From Bacillota bacterium (GTDB taxonomy: Bacteria; Bacillota; Clostridia; Lachnospirales; Lachnospiraceae): a DNA stretch of 64,000 bases. This document shows, one piece after another, positions 63,666 to 64,000 of this stretch (position 1 is its first letter; each line of letters begins with the position of its first letter). The stretch covers positions 15,789-79,788 of the forward strand of contig JAKQFQ010000359.1 in NCBI GenBank assembly GCA_029558315.1. Reading direction: 5' to 3'. The translations under genes and the position numbers were made by a program. Under the pieces are notes generated by a model. It was not told the DNA's origin and searched no databases. It saw only the letters and a list, made by a program, of their open reading frames with translations.

Positions 63666-64000
63666 ATGAAAGCTGTGGAATCAAAAAGCAGAAATCTATA
63701 TGGTAGGATGATGATAATCAATGCCTTGTTTTTTTTGCTTTTACATTTAACATTTGTTGGATTTACCAATGATGATGCTTTTTTTGTTATCGTAAGGAGC
63801 CAATGGGATTCTTTAATAGATTTACTGATTCACCGATATCTTACAGATTCCTCCCGGGTATTATCAGAAGCGATTCTATTTACGCTAATCAGACTTCCCT
63901 TTCTTGTGTGGCAGATTCTGGATACTGCAATCTGTATTTTAGTATATCACTCCTTAACTGTGATTTTTGTAAATGATAAGAAGAGTAAAAACAATGTGCT
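63666..64000 (+). CDS. Polytopic membrane protein, 5-prime partial (runs off the window end), DUF6056/GT-C-like
   Basis: ATG 63666 directly follows the GT10 stop. My own translation is MKAVESKSRNLYGRMMIINALFFLLLHLTFVGFTNDDAFFVIV... and stays open to nt 64000. It is not in the ORF track because it has no stop. Confidence 0.5.
   Translation, partial: MKAVESKSRNLYGRMMIINALFFLLLHLTFVGFTNDDAFFVIVRSQWDSLIDLLIHRYLTDSSRVLSEAILFTLIRLPFLVWQILDTAICILVYHSLTVIFVNDKKSKNNV

Noticed and set aside
1-64000. Search by eye for CRISPR repeats, tRNA/rRNA, IS elements, integrases, toxin-antitoxin or nuclease-based defence genes
   Set aside because: No non-coding stretch exceeds 245 bp, no regularly spaced repeats were found, and every long ORF has a glycan-biosynthesis or membrane-protein character. 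I found nothing to support such features.

Overview
This window is one continuous, very gene-dense cell-surface glycan biosynthesis super-locus, about 98% coding by eye. The genome looks low-GC (roughly 40% by eye) and Firmicutes/Clostridia-like. That taxon call is inference from AGGAG-type RBSs, frequent TTG/GTG starts, overlapping ATGA/GTGA/TTGA gene junctions and the protein families present. I count 56 credible CDSs, 54 of them on the + strand. I see no rRNA, tRNA, CRISPR array, transposase, integrase or phage genes. The content falls into six blocks. (i) nt 42-5440: a sialyltransferase-motif GT, a PglK-like ABC flippase, and an MBOAT + DHHW O-acylation pair. (ii) nt 5463-13611: a strong promoter followed by a complete CMP-pseudaminic acid pathway (pseB, pseI, pseG, pseC, pseF, pseH), with the PseH domain fused to acyltransferase-3 and GtrA domains. 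(iii) nt 13626-22316: GtrA, a WecE-like aminotransferase, a GNAT, two polyprenyl-phosphate-type GT2s and three large polytopic membrane proteins, resembling an Arn/Gtr-like extracytoplasmic decoration module. (iv) nt 22383-41316: a compact divergent promoter, a Wzy_C-type protein, the initiating polyprenyl glycosylphosphotransferase, many GT4/GT2 enzymes, and a UDP-GalNAcA-type dehydrogenase/epimerase pair. (v) nt 41322-43909: a minus-strand LbH O-acetyltransferase, an LtaS-like transferase, and the only clear terminator. (vi) nt 43965-64000: an AsnB-like amidotransferase, two more PglK-like ABC transporters, further GT2/polytopic-protein pairs, an orphan FdtA-like ketoisomerase, and a GT11 + GT10 fucosyltransferase pair. 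All functional names come from motif-level recognition of the translated ORFs; no database search was run.
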